A stretch of 64,000 nucleotides of DNA from a virus, in the IMG/VR virus record IMGVR_UViG_3300034102_001514, positions 32,001 to 96,000 of that record; one strand, given 5' to 3'. This document shows positions 38,325 through 48,699 of this stretch, one piece after another. The position numbers were made by a program, and so were the translations under genes. Positions within the stretch are counted from its first letter, which is position 1, and every line of letters starts with the position of its first letter. The notes beneath the pieces were generated by a model. That model ran no database searches. It was not told where the DNA came from and worked only from the letters and a program-made list of their open reading frames with translations.

Positions 38325-38478
38325 TTAATCGTTTCATATGTTTACAAGGAGTGTGTCTGCGGAATTCGCGGGCGGGACATTTACAATCCACAATTTTCCA
38401 ATCTTCTACTGTGACTCGGTAATACTTTAAATTACCTTTCTTGTCACGAGAACCCATTTCTTTATACTGCCATTTCAT
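38296..38478 (-). CDS. SWIM-type zinc finger protein
   Basis: YRV..CKCPA..CKH; start reassigned. Confidence 0.7.
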   Translation of the reverse strand: MKWQYKEMGSRDKKGNLKYYRVTVEDWKIVDCKCPAREFRRHTPCKHMKRLNEKLTHLTI

Positions 38479-38806
38479 AGACTTTCGTAATTTCTTGTTC
38501 CAAACCTTTAACCACAAATGGTTCTGAAAATACCATTTCATGGTCAATATACTCAAAGCGCTCACCAATGGTGTTTTGCTTTTCTACAAGGTTTTTAATC
38601 GCTTGAATCACAACCTCGGTATCAGCGTAGAACATTGTATCCGAATCAATCGGCATTACAAAATCAAAACCACCCTTGGGTTTCCAATGTGGGGTTTCAC
38701 CAAACCCATCGGGCCCAATATTATAGTTTTCAAAATACTGACAGTGAACAATTACTTTAGCTTCGTTATAATTCATATTTTTAAAATTTGAGGGGTTTTT
38801 TATCAA
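38462..38806 (-). CDS. Conserved phage hypothetical protein
   Basis: QYFENY..HWKPKGG motif. Confidence 0.7.
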   Translation of the reverse strand: MIKNPSNFKNMNYNEAKVIVHCQYFENYNIGPDGFGETPHWKPKGGFDFVMPIDSDTMFYADTEVVIQAIKNLVEKQNTIGERFEYIDHEMVFSEPFVVKGLEQEITKVYEMAV

Positions 38807-38993
38807 TTTTAGAAAGAATGTAACCCAATCCTAAAAGAAAGATGAATACACCTGATGCGTGAATTGGATATTTAAATATTAATAACAATCCAAGGAAAAA
38901 TCCGTGAATGATACCAAAAAAAGCGAGAACTAATAATGATATCAGAAGAAGTCCAATTCCTAGCTTGATTAATTTTTTAGAAAACTTATTCAT
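38781..38993 (-). CDS. Small membrane protein
   Basis: Hydrophobic; follows boxed promoter. Confidence 0.65.
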   Translation of the reverse strand: MNKFSKKLIKLGIGLLLISLLVLAFFGIIHGFFLGLLLIFKYPIHASGVFIFLLGLGYILSKIDKKPLKF

Positions 38994-39057
38994 GTTGTAT
39001 TAATTGTTATTACTATATAAAGATAATCATTTTTTTTGAACTGGCAAACTTTTAATG

Positions 39058-39834
39058 TTAAGAAATTGTTAAACTTTCAAGTTTGGCCTGAAGTTTAACA
39101 ATCTTCTTTTGGGAATCCTTAATACGTTGTTTAGGCCATTTAACATCCCAATTCAACATCTCAACCACACCATCTTCAATCAACTTTTGTTGTTCCATTT
39201 CCCACTCTTCTTTAGTTCCTTTGTAGTAGGTTTTATCAATGTTTTCCCATTTGTAATCATTCTTAACTCGCCACGACAACACTGGGTGGTTACCCAACTC
39301 CACAATCAACTCCTCTTTATTCATCGGAGCCAAGTGGTCAATTCGGGCTTGGGCGGTATTGATTAGGTTTTGGTGAGTTTCAATCTCTTTTTCCAATCGT
39401 TCAATCGTATTCAATCGTTTTTGTTTTTCAACATACTCTTTAGCCAAATCACTCATCACACGGGGCATCTTTGTTTTGGTGATGTATCGGTAGTGGAATC
39501 GTTGGATGTTGTAACCACCAGCGGTGATGGCTTCAGTCATAAAGTTGTGGGTCTCACCACCACGACCAATCAAAGCGGAAATCTCAATTCCCTTAGCACC
39601 CTCATACCAATTCATTTGTTCCAACTCATCGGTGGGGAGGATATAGTTCTGAAGGGCTTTCATTAGGTCAATCACAAGACTCAAACGAATCATCTCTTCC
39701 ATATGTGGAGTGATAGTCAATTCTTTACCAACTTTTTTAAGGTAATGTGCTTTCTCACTCTCAATGATTTGAGCGGTGAGGTTGTTGATGGGACCTTCAA
39801 GGTTTTTGAGGATTTGTTCTTTGATGTTCTTCAT
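39058..39834 (-). CDS. Hypothetical coiled-coil protein
   Basis: ITAGGYNIQRFHYR motif; follows boxed promoter. Confidence 0.75.
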   Translation of the reverse strand: MKNIKEQILKNLEGPINNLTAQIIESEKAHYLKKVGKELTITPHMEEMIRLSLVIDLMKALQNYILPTDELEQMNWYEGAKGIEISALIGRGGETHNFMTEAITAGGYNIQRFHYRYITKTKMPRVMSDLAKEYVEKQKRLNTIERLEKEIETHQNLINTAQARIDHLAPMNKEELIVELGNHPVLSWRVKNDYKWENIDKTYYKGTKEEWEMEQQKLIEDGVVEMLNWDVKWPKQRIKDSQKKIVKLQAKLESLTIS

Positions 39835-39904
39835 ATCTCTTTTTATTACATAGTAAAGATACGAAATAATTTGGAACTGCCAAATTTGTAATGTTAAGTT
39901 TATG

Positions 39905-40579
39905 TTAAATCTTTCTTGGAAATGGTAATCTTTCTGATGTTGTTTGCGTATCTCCGTTTAGTTTTGGTTTACAATCCCAAAGATGGTCGTAGGTATCCCA
40001 CTTACCATATCCCAAATTATCATAGTCTTGTCTAAATCGTTCATATACCAACTCACGAAGTTCATTTTCATCCCAATTAGTATCCCATGTAGTGGAATTT
40101 GATGGAACTGGCCTCCATCTCATTTGTGTTGGTGTAAATGTCCAATTAAAATCATTAGGAATAAATGGTAACTTACGAAGGTCTTCCAATACTGATTCAG
40201 CGTGTATAATATAATCAATTCTTGGTTCAAATTGAGTTATTACCCTCCATTCAGACCAAGCAGAACATCTTTCATCAGAGGACCATTTTAGAGCATCCAA
40301 AGGGTTTAGTCCATTTGGTAATTCATTTCTATCATAAATTCCATGCTTCCAATATGATACCCACCTATAATATGGATGTCTAACTGAAACTATATGTAAA
40401 TAATCTTGCGGGCAATCTTCAGGCCATGCGTTTTCATGGGTAAATATCATCCTTGGATTATCCGGCTGTGGTAAATGCGGATTCAAATCCGATGTTTCTC
40501 TAAATACATCGGCTGTGGCTCTGCTTGCAACCTTAAACGGAGCGTGCCAGACAAACTTATGTTTGTATGACCTATTCAT
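39905..40579 (-). CDS. Sulfotransferase family 2-like protein
   Basis: PFKVASR, SVRHPYYRWVSYW, IHAESVLEDL; paralog of 26796-27407. Confidence 0.72.
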   Translation of the reverse strand: MNRSYKHKFVWHAPFKVASRATADVFRETSDLNPHLPQPDNPRMIFTHENAWPEDCPQDYLHIVSVRHPYYRWVSYWKHGIYDRNELPNGLNPLDALKWSSDERCSAWSEWRVITQFEPRIDYIIHAESVLEDLRKLPFIPNDFNWTFTPTQMRWRPVPSNSTTWDTNWDENELRELVYERFRQDYDNLGYGKWDTYDHLWDCKPKLNGDTQTTSERLPFPRKI

Positions 40580-41163
40580 TAATATTCAGTAGAAAAGAAA
40601 AATGTTTGAAATAGTCTTCCGTTTTCTTTATTAGTTCCAAAGTAATCTAACGACTGGTGGAATAAATCACCACGATAAAGAACCATTCTATTGTAGACAT
40701 TTGCAAGTCGGTCTACTAAATCCCACTTTGTAAGGTCTTGAGAATCTATTCCAATATATCCAAGAAGTTCTCTATCTACCGAACCATCTTCTAATTTTGG
40801 AGAATACATAAGTCCGGTTTCTTTGTGTCTAAAAATACCAGTTCCACCACTTAATGGTGCGTTTGGTGTTAAATAAATTACACCAGCCCAAGTGTTATGC
40901 ATATCTGCGTGAATCCAAGACCTTTCATATTGAGTTGTGTATTGATATGCACCATTATATTCATCGGTGCTCCATACTGTGATTTCACCAGAATGTGGTC
41001 TCAATATACTGCCAATGAATTCTTTTAAAGAATCATTTGCAAATGAAGTGGTTCTTTGACCGGGGTAATTTCCCTTTACTCCAAATTCTTGTGATAATGC
41101 AAATTCTCGTACATCATCAACATTATTGTAAAAATTATCAATAATTAAAGATTGAATTTTCAT
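40579..41163 (-). CDS. 2OG-Fe(II) oxygenase (DUF6445-like)
   Basis: IIDNFY, YPGQRT, IHAD, GVIYL, GT..F, NR..LY, FH, RL..FF. Confidence 0.85.
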   Translation of the reverse strand: MKIQSLIIDNFYNNVDDVREFALSQEFGVKGNYPGQRTTSFANDSLKEFIGSILRPHSGEITVWSTDEYNGAYQYTTQYERSWIHADMHNTWAGVIYLTPNAPLSGGTGIFRHKETGLMYSPKLEDGSVDRELLGYIGIDSQDLTKWDLVDRLANVYNRMVLYRGDLFHQSLDYFGTNKENGRLFQTFFFSTEY

Positions 41164-41179
41164 AACTAATTAATTTAAT

Positions 41180-42106
41180 TTATGCCATATTGGCGGTAAT
41201 TGATTTGGGTGCGTTTTCTTTTACCCATTTGAATAAGATTTCTTTCCACAAACTTTCTGGGTAAGTTCCACTACCAGCTTTTTTAAGTGGTAAAGATAAA
41301 AAGTCTGATGGGTATTTTTCACCCTTTGGTCCTGTAATTTCGTTTCCTTCAGCATCTTTCATATACACTGTATTTTCAGGATTGTTTAACACCACATCAA
41401 CTCTACCATTCATTCCCTTTGGTAAAGCACGAGTAACAACCCCCCAAATAGTGTTTCCAGCACCCTCATGGGTTTTTAATAGGATATCTTCTGGAACTTG
41501 TCTTTCTCTTTTTTTGTTGTTCTGCATAGCAATCATATAGTTAGTCAAAACCCAAGTCAAATGAATGTTTTCAGGTTTATAACCAGCCGCTTTTAATTGA
41601 GGTAAAACTTGGGTAATGTCTGAAATGTCTTTTGCTGTGATATCAAACATAATGTTAGGTAAAACCTCGGGATTAGTTTGAGCTGCTAACATATTAGCAA
41701 GTGATTTATCTTTTATACCCATAGCTTTAACAAGAGTATGTAGAGCCATAACGTGCTTTGGATTTCTTAAATCCATATTTTGAAGTCTATACCCATCCGC
41801 TTGGATTTGTTTAATATTATCAATATCGGATTGTGAAATAGATTTACCATACTTGTTTAAAATTTGGTCTATGGTGATTTTACCAATACGATTTAAGATT
41901 TGAAGTTGTTTTTTCATCTCATCTACATCACGAAGTTTGTATCCAGCAGAATCCAAAAAGTTTGAAATAGCAAATCCTTTACCTGAACCAGCACCACCGG
42001 CAAGAAATACCACTTGACCATAGGGAGCTCTATTGTTGTAGGTAATAAGTTTTTCAACGAGTAATTCTTCGTTAATAACTTCTATAATCAAATCTTTTAC
42101 TTTCAT
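41180..42106 (-). CDS. P-loop kinase (zeta-toxin/AAA_33-like) with xxE leader
   Basis: FLAGGAGSGKG, RER.VP lid; N-terminal MKVKDLIIEVINEELLVE. Confidence 0.75.
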   Translation of the reverse strand: MKVKDLIIEVINEELLVEKLITYNNRAPYGQVVFLAGGAGSGKGFAISNFLDSAGYKLRDVDEMKKQLQILNRIGKITIDQILNKYGKSISQSDIDNIKQIQADGYRLQNMDLRNPKHVMALHTLVKAMGIKDKSLANMLAAQTNPEVLPNIMFDITAKDISDITQVLPQLKAAGYKPENIHLTWVLTNYMIAMQNNKKRERQVPEDILLKTHEGAGNTIWGVVTRALPKGMNGRVDVVLNNPENTVYMKDAEGNEITGPKGEKYPSDFLSLPLKKAGSGTYPESLWKEILFKWVKENAPKSITANMA

Positions 42107-42321
42107 TTTGACTTCCGTGGAAATGGACTTTTTGAAGTATTGTATGGAAAAATCTGATTGAGTTTTTGTTGTCTTGCTTTACAACCACAATCATCAGCAC
42201 CAACTGCTTTAGCAATTTGTTCTGCAACTACATCTAATTTTGTAGCTGATGTGATTTTAGCAATAGTATCTCCCAATCCTTGTGATGCGGGTGATTCTGA
42301 CTTTTGTGGTAAATTACTCAT
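42103..42321 (-). CDS. Small Cys-containing phage protein
   Basis: GLGDTIAKIT..DCGC..RQ.KLN..FPY pattern. Confidence 0.75.
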   Translation of the reverse strand: MSNLPQKSESPASQGLGDTIAKITSATKLDVVAEQIAKAVGADDCGCKARQQKLNQIFPYNTSKSPFPRKSK

Positions 42322-42557
42322 AATGTTTTTATTTCTATTTTAAAATCTTCATTAAGTAGGACTTCTTGGATTCTTTTTAAATCATCAAAGTCATCACTAC
42401 TTTTGATTACACATCTACCCGTTGTATGAACTATTTCTATAATTGAATCCGAATGTAAACTCGGATACGCAAATGTTCTTTTTAACATAGAATGAACCTC
42501 ACCAAATGTGTGGATGTCATCATTTAATAAATATAGTTTATACATTAAATCCATCAA
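42318..42557 (-). CDS. clpS: ClpS-like N-degron adaptor
   Basis: YKLYLLNDDIHTF..V..L; VH..GRCVI. Confidence 0.75.
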   Translation of the reverse strand: MMDLMYKLYLLNDDIHTFGEVHSMLKRTFAYPSLHSDSIIEIVHTTGRCVIKSSDDFDDLKRIQEVLLNEDFKIEIKTL

Positions 42558-42735
42558 AAAAGATAATTTCTTCGGGAGAGTGTTTTTCTTTAAATTTATT
42601 TACAATATCAATCACAAATTTCCAATCATTGGCAATTTCTGCTTCTATTTTTGTTTTATCGTGATATACATAAATAATATAACCACTTTGTGGGTCTATT
42701 ACTTCATCTAATTTCTTGACTTGAATCGTTACCAT
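42538..42735 (-). CDS. Hypothetical protein
   Basis: ORF in run. Confidence 0.55.
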   Translation of the reverse strand: MVTIQVKKLDEVIDPQSGYIIYVYHDKTKIEAEIANDWKFVIDIVNKFKEKHSPEEIIFFDGFNV

Positions 42736-42925
42736 TCATTATCTCCAGCATACTCAAACTTATTTTAAGATTACCACACTTTTCGTATTCTTCTAAAGCA
42801 TCATAATAATCAATTAAAGTTTGGATTATAGTTTTTTTCATTTCCAATGAAACTTCCGAGCCTTCACCTTGTGTAATAATTTCATACACTTGGTTCATAG
42901 CTTTTTGTTCATAGTTTTCTGACAT
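42704..42925 (-). CDS. Small protein with UvrB/C-like (UVR) motif
   Basis: YY..LEEYEKC..LK; start reassigned to MSENY. Confidence 0.55.
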   Translation of the reverse strand: MSENYEQKAMNQVYEIITQGEGSEVSLEMKKTIIQTLIDYYDALEEYEKCGNLKISLSMLEIMNGNDSSQEIR

Positions 42926-42951
42926 AAATAGAGTTTGGAGATTTAATAAAA

Positions 42952-43329
42952 CTACATTACCCCTGAAATAATGTATCCAACAATACCAACTAAAGATGTA
43001 AACACAATCCAAAGTGCTTTGGTGACTCCATCTTTCCAATCTTTCATCTTTTCAAACTCGGTAACCATTTTATTGTAGTAATCTTCGTTATCTTCTTGGT
43101 CCATACGATATTCGGTATTTTTGTTTACACGAACAATAATCCCATCCTCTGGATTTAATAGTGTATATTTGATATCAGACACATCATTTTTTAAAGTAGT
43201 GTAATTGTCACGAAGGCTTCGGATAGATTCTTCCATACGCTTTAACTCCCCATTTGGGAGTTTGGTCTTCATAGAAGCAATTTCTACAAGAATTTTTTCT
43301 AAAACTTCTTTTTGGGATAGAGCAGCCAT
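42952..43329 (-). CDS. Coiled-coil protein with C-terminal TM
   Basis: Heptads then ALWIVFTSLVGIVGYII. Confidence 0.7.
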   Translation of the reverse strand: MAALSQKEVLEKILVEIASMKTKLPNGELKRMEESIRSLRDNYTTLKNDVSDIKYTLLNPEDGIIVRVNKNTEYRMDQEDNEDYYNKMVTEFEKMKDWKDGVTKALWIVFTSLVGIVGYIISGVM

Positions 43330-43355
43330 ATGGATTCCTCGTTAAAATAAACTGG

Positions 43356-43925
43356 TTATAAATATGACTTGAATTGGTCTGAAATATAATTTTCTAATAA
43401 TTCTTTGGTTTCGGAGTGAGAAAGATGTTCTACTGCAAGAATTGATTTTAACTTTACATTTGGGTATTTGTTTTGTAAAGCACCCACAGCTTTTACATTT
43501 TTGATTGAATCATCCATAAATGCAATATCGGTGTATCCATTTTTGATATGTTTTTCAATCCAATCAGCTTTAGCTTGTGGGTCAGCATCACCCAATGCGA
43601 CCACATATACATCTAAACCATATTTGTCTTTAAAAAACTTTTTAATAGGAAATCCAATTGCTCTTGCAGTTAAGATGGTTACTTTTTTATGACCACTTGA
43701 TAACATCTTTTGAAGTATAGACAAGTTCTTTTTGATAACTTGTGGTTTATTCAACATTCTATTGAATTCTCTAAAATCAAATGTATCACCTTGTTTTGGT
43801 TCGTATTTAGCGTATTCCGCCGGGTCCATTTTTGTTTCTGAACCATCCTTATCTTTAACATAGATGTATGATACACTTTTAGCAAGCGTATCATCAAAAT
43901 CAAATACTCTTAATACTTTTCCCAT
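43356..43925 (-). CDS. HAD-superfamily phosphatase/nucleotidase
   Basis: VFDFDDTL, ILTAR, K, FMDDS..N. Confidence 0.85.
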   Translation of the reverse strand: MGKVLRVFDFDDTLAKSVSYIYVKDKDGSETKMDPAEYAKYEPKQGDTFDFREFNRMLNKPQVIKKNLSILQKMLSSGHKKVTILTARAIGFPIKKFFKDKYGLDVYVVALGDADPQAKADWIEKHIKNGYTDIAFMDDSIKNVKAVGALQNKYPNVKLKSILAVEHLSHSETKELLENYISDQFKSYL

Positions 43926-44785
43926 TATCTATAATAACCAGTGTTTCTTCTATAATTCTGAACTATTTCAGCATCCGTTAAAGCTCTCCCATAAACTCTA
44001 GCAATACCAAATCTACCATCAAAGTAAGAACCATCACCTTGGCTTGTTCCATCAAGAGCACCAAATGCAATACGAAATTCTGAAGCTAAATTATCCATAG
44101 GTGAACTAAAATTTACATTTGCGGTTTGGCCTACTAAAACACCATCAATATAACCCTTTACAGGAGTTCCGTGACCCCCATAAGTTAATACAAGTTGATG
44201 CCATTCATTAAATGATAAAGCACCAGTTCCACCGGTACTTGTAATACCCGCACCGGTCCATAATCCAAATTCAACTTGACCCGATACTAATTCGATAATA
44301 CTATTATGATAGCCATCATCAACAGCACTTTGCCCTAAATGAGAAGCTATAACCCCATTATTAGTTGGATTAATCCAAACTTCAACCGACTGAGCTTCAT
44401 CTTCAATAGTTATCACTTGGTCTAAATCTGGAGTAATAATATGGTCGTTTGAAAATGTAAAATATCCAGCAGAATTCCAAGGTGGAGAACCTACAATTGT
44501 TCCGTTTCTATTGTTTTTTGAAAGGTCGTTGATTGTAGACCCACTTCCACTATATGATGCAAATATACTAGCGTCATAATACAATAGTAAATCATTTTCT
44601 ACATATGAAAGAGAACTATGAGCATATCCAAGACCAAATGTATTTCTCAAATCTTGTTGATACTCTAACCATTTTTTTTTGTTTTGCTCTTCAACAATTC
44701 TTTTACGGCTAGCTTTTTTAGCAGCCTCTTCTATCTCTTTTTTACGAAGATAATCTTTTAAATGTGGGTTATTACTGAAATCCAT
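43925..44785 (-). CDS. LamG/ConA-like domain protein
   Basis: LLLYYDA, SVEVWINP, WHQLVLTY, YIDG, RVYGRALTDAEI. Confidence 0.85.
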   Translation of the reverse strand: MDFSNNPHLKDYLRKKEIEEAAKKASRKRIVEEQNKKKWLEYQQDLRNTFGLGYAHSSLSYVENDLLLYYDASIFASYSGSGSTINDLSKNNRNGTIVGSPPWNSAGYFTFSNDHIITPDLDQVITIEDEAQSVEVWINPTNNGVIASHLGQSAVDDGYHNSIIELVSGQVEFGLWTGAGITSTGGTGALSFNEWHQLVLTYGGHGTPVKGYIDGVLVGQTANVNFSSPMDNLASEFRIAFGALDGTSQGDGSYFDGRFGIARVYGRALTDAEIVQNYRRNTGYYR

Positions 44786-44789
44786 ATTA

Positions 44790-45548
44790 TTACTTTAAAT
44801 TAGGGATACCGCCAATTTTTTCAATTCTGGCTTTCCAAGTTTTATAAATTAAACCTTTATTGGATATTGTGATAATACCATCATCCACTAATGAATTCAA
44901 GTAATCGTTCACCACAACTTGATATGGTCTTTTCATTGTCTTTGCTTTTGAATACAATCCGTGAATGTTAGCATCTACTTCTTTTGGTAGTAAAAAGTAT
45001 TTGTAATACAATTCGGGATTTTGGCGAATTCTAACTCTCATTTTTTCATCACCCCTTAAAACCTTTGATGCTTTTGCAAGGGCTGACTTTCTTCCGTGAG
45101 TCAAGTGTTCTACTTCGTGTCTTACCAAATCACGGAGAATCGGTTGAATCTTTGAAAAAATAGTTTCACCATCGGATGGGTGAATACCAATGTGAACTTC
45201 AATTGAAGGATATTCAGAATCAGCTTCAGCAGAACCATCAATGTAAAACTTACCCGGCTTAACACCCTCTTCACTAATAGCGAACTTCAATTCTACTTCA
45301 ACACCAACACCACTTGTTGAGTCGTTGAACTCGCCAACATAAATGGTACGAGTTTCGTTTTGGAACAAATCCTGCAATGAGGTGTTTGTTTCTGGATTTT
45401 TACGAATAGTATATCCTTTGTATTTCTTTGGGGATTCTCCTGAACCACTGCCCTTGATAGCATCTTTTACCTTTGTAAAGATTGCTTTGTTGATTTCACC
45501 CGTGAGTTTATCGTACATTCCTTCTAATATGAGTTCTTTGAGCTTCAT
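44790..45548 (-). CDS. HExxH metallopeptidase-like protein with xxE leader
   Basis: RHEVEHLTH, EVDA; MKLKELILE leader. Confidence 0.7.
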   Translation of the reverse strand: MKLKELILEGMYDKLTGEINKAIFTKVKDAIKGSGSGESPKKYKGYTIRKNPETNTSLQDLFQNETRTIYVGEFNDSTSGVGVEVELKFAISEEGVKPGKFYIDGSAEADSEYPSIEVHIGIHPSDGETIFSKIQPILRDLVRHEVEHLTHGRKSALAKASKVLRGDEKMRVRIRQNPELYYKYFLLPKEVDANIHGLYSKAKTMKRPYQVVVNDYLNSLVDDGIITISNKGLIYKTWKARIEKIGGIPNLK

Positions 45549-45652
45549 ACAAATATACGAATAAAATTTGAATTATCCAAATTATTTAAAATAATTTTAT
45601 GTTTAGAGTCGTTCATGTTAAAATGCCGATTGTATTAGGTTGTCTTTATAAA

Positions 45653-46189
45653 TTAAATATTATCAATTACAAAATCCAATGTAGAATCTTTACCTTTTAA
45701 TTCTTTCCAATATTTGGAATTAATAAAGGTAGAATATAATCCATTCATATTTGTGTTTGCTTCTACTTCCCACGGTAATTTTACATAGGATGCAATATCA
45801 GTTTTCATTAACCTACCATAATCCTTTGCGGTGATATACTCTTTACCTTTCCATAGGATGGCAGTATAATCTTTATTTGGTAGGAGTTCATTTTTAGAAA
45901 CTTGTTTAACATGAGTTAGTTCATGTATCATAGATTGTATAATTCGTTTATACGATTGGTTTGGGTTGAAATGTAGATAAAATTTATTACCATCTACTGA
46001 ATTGGAGTTTAGGGATATATCACCAATCATTCCAGCTTTATCTTTTTTCTTTACGATAATCTTTGCTTTAAAGTTAAACTTATCCATCATAAAAGAAACT
46101 ACCGATTTAACCATTAAGGTTTCGTGTGGTTTTAGTTTTAAAGATGTTCCGAAAAGGTCTTCGGATAATATATCTTTTAACTTAATCAT
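45653..46189 (-). CDS. HExxH metallopeptidase-like protein with xxE leader
   Basis: IHELTHVKQ, PWEVEA; start reassigned to MIKLKDILSE. Confidence 0.75.
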   Translation of the reverse strand: MIKLKDILSEDLFGTSLKLKPHETLMVKSVVSFMMDKFNFKAKIIVKKKDKAGMIGDISLNSNSVDGNKFYLHFNPNQSYKRIIQSMIHELTHVKQVSKNELLPNKDYTAILWKGKEYITAKDYGRLMKTDIASYVKLPWEVEANTNMNGLYSTFINSKYWKELKGKDSTLDFVIDNI

Positions 46190-46190
46190 G

Positions 46191-47429
46191 TTAAGCTCCG
46201 GTTTTTGACAATGTAGGTTTTTGTCCTTTTGATTGCTCTCCACCCTTTTTACTATCACCTGCCTTTTTTTGGTCGGCTCTTTTTCTTCTTACGAATGCAG
46301 CTCTACCTTCAGGTCCTAATTTTGCAGCTTTTTCTTTTGATAAACACGCTGCATAAGCATCACCCTCATCACCATCACCACACTTACCTAATTTCTGACC
46401 ATCGGAACCATATCTATCCCAACCGCCACCGCCAGATGAACCTGTTTTACCCGTACCAAACCACTTACGAAGGTCTTCTTCAAGTTGTTGTAACTCGTTC
46501 TTTTTTCTACCTTGACAATGTGCTTTTTGTGAAAACCCCTTTGGATTATTACAATCTATGGAGCGTTTGTATTTGTCACTCCAATCTTCATTACGGGCTT
46601 TACTTGCTTCAATAGCTTGTAATTGTTTTAATGCGTCTTTGTAAGTGTTGTGGGTTCCTAATCTATCGCCGCCTGATTTTGGATATACAACATACTTGCC
46701 ATCTACTTTTTTAATAGTTTCAAATACCCCTTTGGTTTGGGTTTTAATAAATGGTCCTCTTCTGATAGTTTTAAATGGAACATTCAATTCTTGTCCGAAA
46801 AGGTTTTTTGGTGATAATACTCTTAATTTAACAAGTTCTGATTTATTATCAGTAGACACCACTTCAAATTCAATATCAGAATATTTTTTACCTTTTAGTG
46901 TAAGATTTTTACCTGTAATGAATTTATGTATCTTACTACCACTAACCGCTTGTGCTTCTTCAATTCCACCGGGTGGAGTTTCTACTGGCGGTTCTGCTGG
47001 CGGTTCTGAATCTGAAGGGGGTGTGGTGGGTTCTTCTTTTGGTTCTTCTGCTTTAGAAGTCATATAAAGTGGAAATGCGTATGTATATCTACCACCACAT
47101 CTTCTTTTATATTCCGCGTCAGATTCTCCTTTTATACGAGGACCACACCCCATTTCACAAATACCAATAACATCCTCACCTTCTTGAATCATTCTAAATT
47201 TAAGTAATGGTTTTCCGTTGATAGTAATGTCACCTTTTTCGTTTTTATCTATTGACTTTACAACAATTCTTTTGTTTTTGAATTTACCACCAAGTAAAGT
47301 ATCACCCACATTAATTGGAATGTTAATGTCTTCACTAATTGGAACGCAGTTAGGAACCATGCGGTCACCCTTTTTCTTCAGGCCCGCTTGTCTATACCCT
47401 TTCCAACACGCTTCTACAATTACGCCCAT
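46191..47429 (-). CDS. Modular (polyprotein-like) putative internal virion protein
   Basis: Short modules CWKGY..PNCV, WS.KYKRSIDC..HC, DLRKWF separated by xxE sites. Confidence 0.7.
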   Translation of the reverse strand: MGVIVEACWKGYRQAGLKKKGDRMVPNCVPISEDINIPINVGDTLLGGKFKNKRIVVKSIDKNEKGDITINGKPLLKFRMIQEGEDVIGICEMGCGPRIKGESDAEYKRRCGGRYTYAFPLYMTSKAEEPKEEPTTPPSDSEPPAEPPVETPPGGIEEAQAVSGSKIHKFITGKNLTLKGKKYSDIEFEVVSTDNKSELVKLRVLSPKNLFGQELNVPFKTIRRGPFIKTQTKGVFETIKKVDGKYVVYPKSGGDRLGTHNTYKDALKQLQAIEASKARNEDWSDKYKRSIDCNNPKGFSQKAHCQGRKKNELQQLEEDLRKWFGTGKTGSSGGGGWDRYGSDGQKLGKCGDGDEGDAYAACLSKEKAAKLGPEGRAAFVRRKRADQKKAGDSKKGGEQSKGQKPTLSKTGA

Positions 47430-47941
47430 GGATGATTATCTTTTACTCTATTAAAGAAATTTACCAACCCAAGAACTTGTGGTTGCATTTTCACATCATC
47501 AAAGTGTAATTCATAAGTATCGGTATCATACTTCCAATGAGCTTCACTTTCACCTCTACGAACTCCCCAAATTGTGTCACTTTTAAATGCATCATCAATT
47601 ATAATATTTTTTGGATTTAACTTTTTGTAATTGACTCTTAATTTAGTAAATGATGATGGGTCAAGTGGTACTCTGTGCTTGAAGATATTCGCTTCTTTTA
47701 GATTTGCCTTACTAATACCTGAAACTATTTCCATTACAGGATGAGAACTACCTTCTTGAATTTCAGCACCCAAGTATTTTTTATACAACATAGCAAGAAA
47801 TGGTATTAACTCAGCAACCATTTTTCTTTTTTCATCCTGACTATCTTTACTCACTCTAACTTGTTGAGTAGCGCTAGGTGGATTGTGGATGGCTTGAAGA
47901 GCTTGTCTTTGTAATCCGCGTTTTGTTTTTACCAAAGCCAT
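47420..47941 (-). CDS. Hypothetical protein
   Basis: ORF in run. Confidence 0.7.
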   Translation of the reverse strand: MALVKTKRGLQRQALQAIHNPPSATQQVRVSKDSQDEKRKMVAELIPFLAMLYKKYLGAEIQEGSSHPVMEIVSGISKANLKEANIFKHRVPLDPSSFTKLRVNYKKLNPKNIIIDDAFKSDTIWGVRRGESEAHWKYDTDTYELHFDDVKMQPQVLGLVNFFNRVKDNHPWA

Positions 47942-48585
47942 TATAGTTTTCCCATTTTAATTAAATACAAAAAAAGCTCGTTTCCTAATTCAATACCAAA
48001 TTTAGAATCCGATGGGTAATGCATATGTCCCACGTTTCTAGCATAAGATATATCATCGGCCAGAGCCATAAAATTGTATTTATGTTCAGGATATAAATAT
48101 GAAAAATAATTAGCAAGAAGTAGTGATTGAGCAGAATGTCCTGATGGGTATGATGGAGTTGCGGCCGTGTCTGGTTTTTCACTTTTTAATTTTATCATTA
48201 CTAATGGGTGGTTTGCAACTTGGTCGGGTCTTGGTCTATTATAATGATATTTTAATTTCAGAATAATTGAACCACTTTCATCCATAAGTTCTTTTATCAA
48301 TTCCTTTGAATATTTTAATTTATTTATTTTCATATAAGAATCAAAATATTTTTCAACATTATCAGTTTCTTCTACAAAAGATTTATCAACTTCTATATTA
48401 GATAATTGTAATAATTCTTTTTTTGTCTGACTTGAACTTGGTAATGATGGTGGATTTCCCATAAAGTTTTTAATTGGGAAGTTTTCAAAATAATTTAAAC
48501 GAATATCCATACGCTTTTTATGCTTACTCGGAATTTCATCCGTGTAAACCATCGTGTTTAGACTATGGACATCTGATAATTTCAT
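47941..48585 (-). CDS. PAP2/acid phosphatase family protein
   Basis: K..YNRPRP, PSYPSGH, R..GHMHYPSD. Confidence 0.9.
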   Translation of the reverse strand: MKLSDVHSLNTMVYTDEIPSKHKKRMDIRLNYFENFPIKNFMGNPPSLPSSSQTKKELLQLSNIEVDKSFVEETDNVEKYFDSYMKINKLKYSKELIKELMDESGSIILKLKYHYNRPRPDQVANHPLVMIKLKSEKPDTAATPSYPSGHSAQSLLLANYFSYLYPEHKYNFMALADDISYARNVGHMHYPSDSKFGIELGNELFLYLIKMGKL

Positions 48586-48698
48586 TTTAATTTATTCAAA
48601 ACCTTATTGTTGTTAAGCATTCTTTTTTCAAACTTTAATCGGGTTTTTTTACTCGTTGGCTTTGATGGTGCCAATCTTTTTTTTGGTGACTTTGCCAT
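48582..48698 (-). CDS. Very basic micro-protein
   Basis: Read manually: MAKSPKKRLAPSKPTSKKTRLKFEKRMLNNNKVLNKLK. Confidence 0.55.
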   Translation of the reverse strand: MAKSPKKRLAPSKPTSKKTRLKFEKRMLNNNKVLNKLK

Positions 48699-48699
48699 C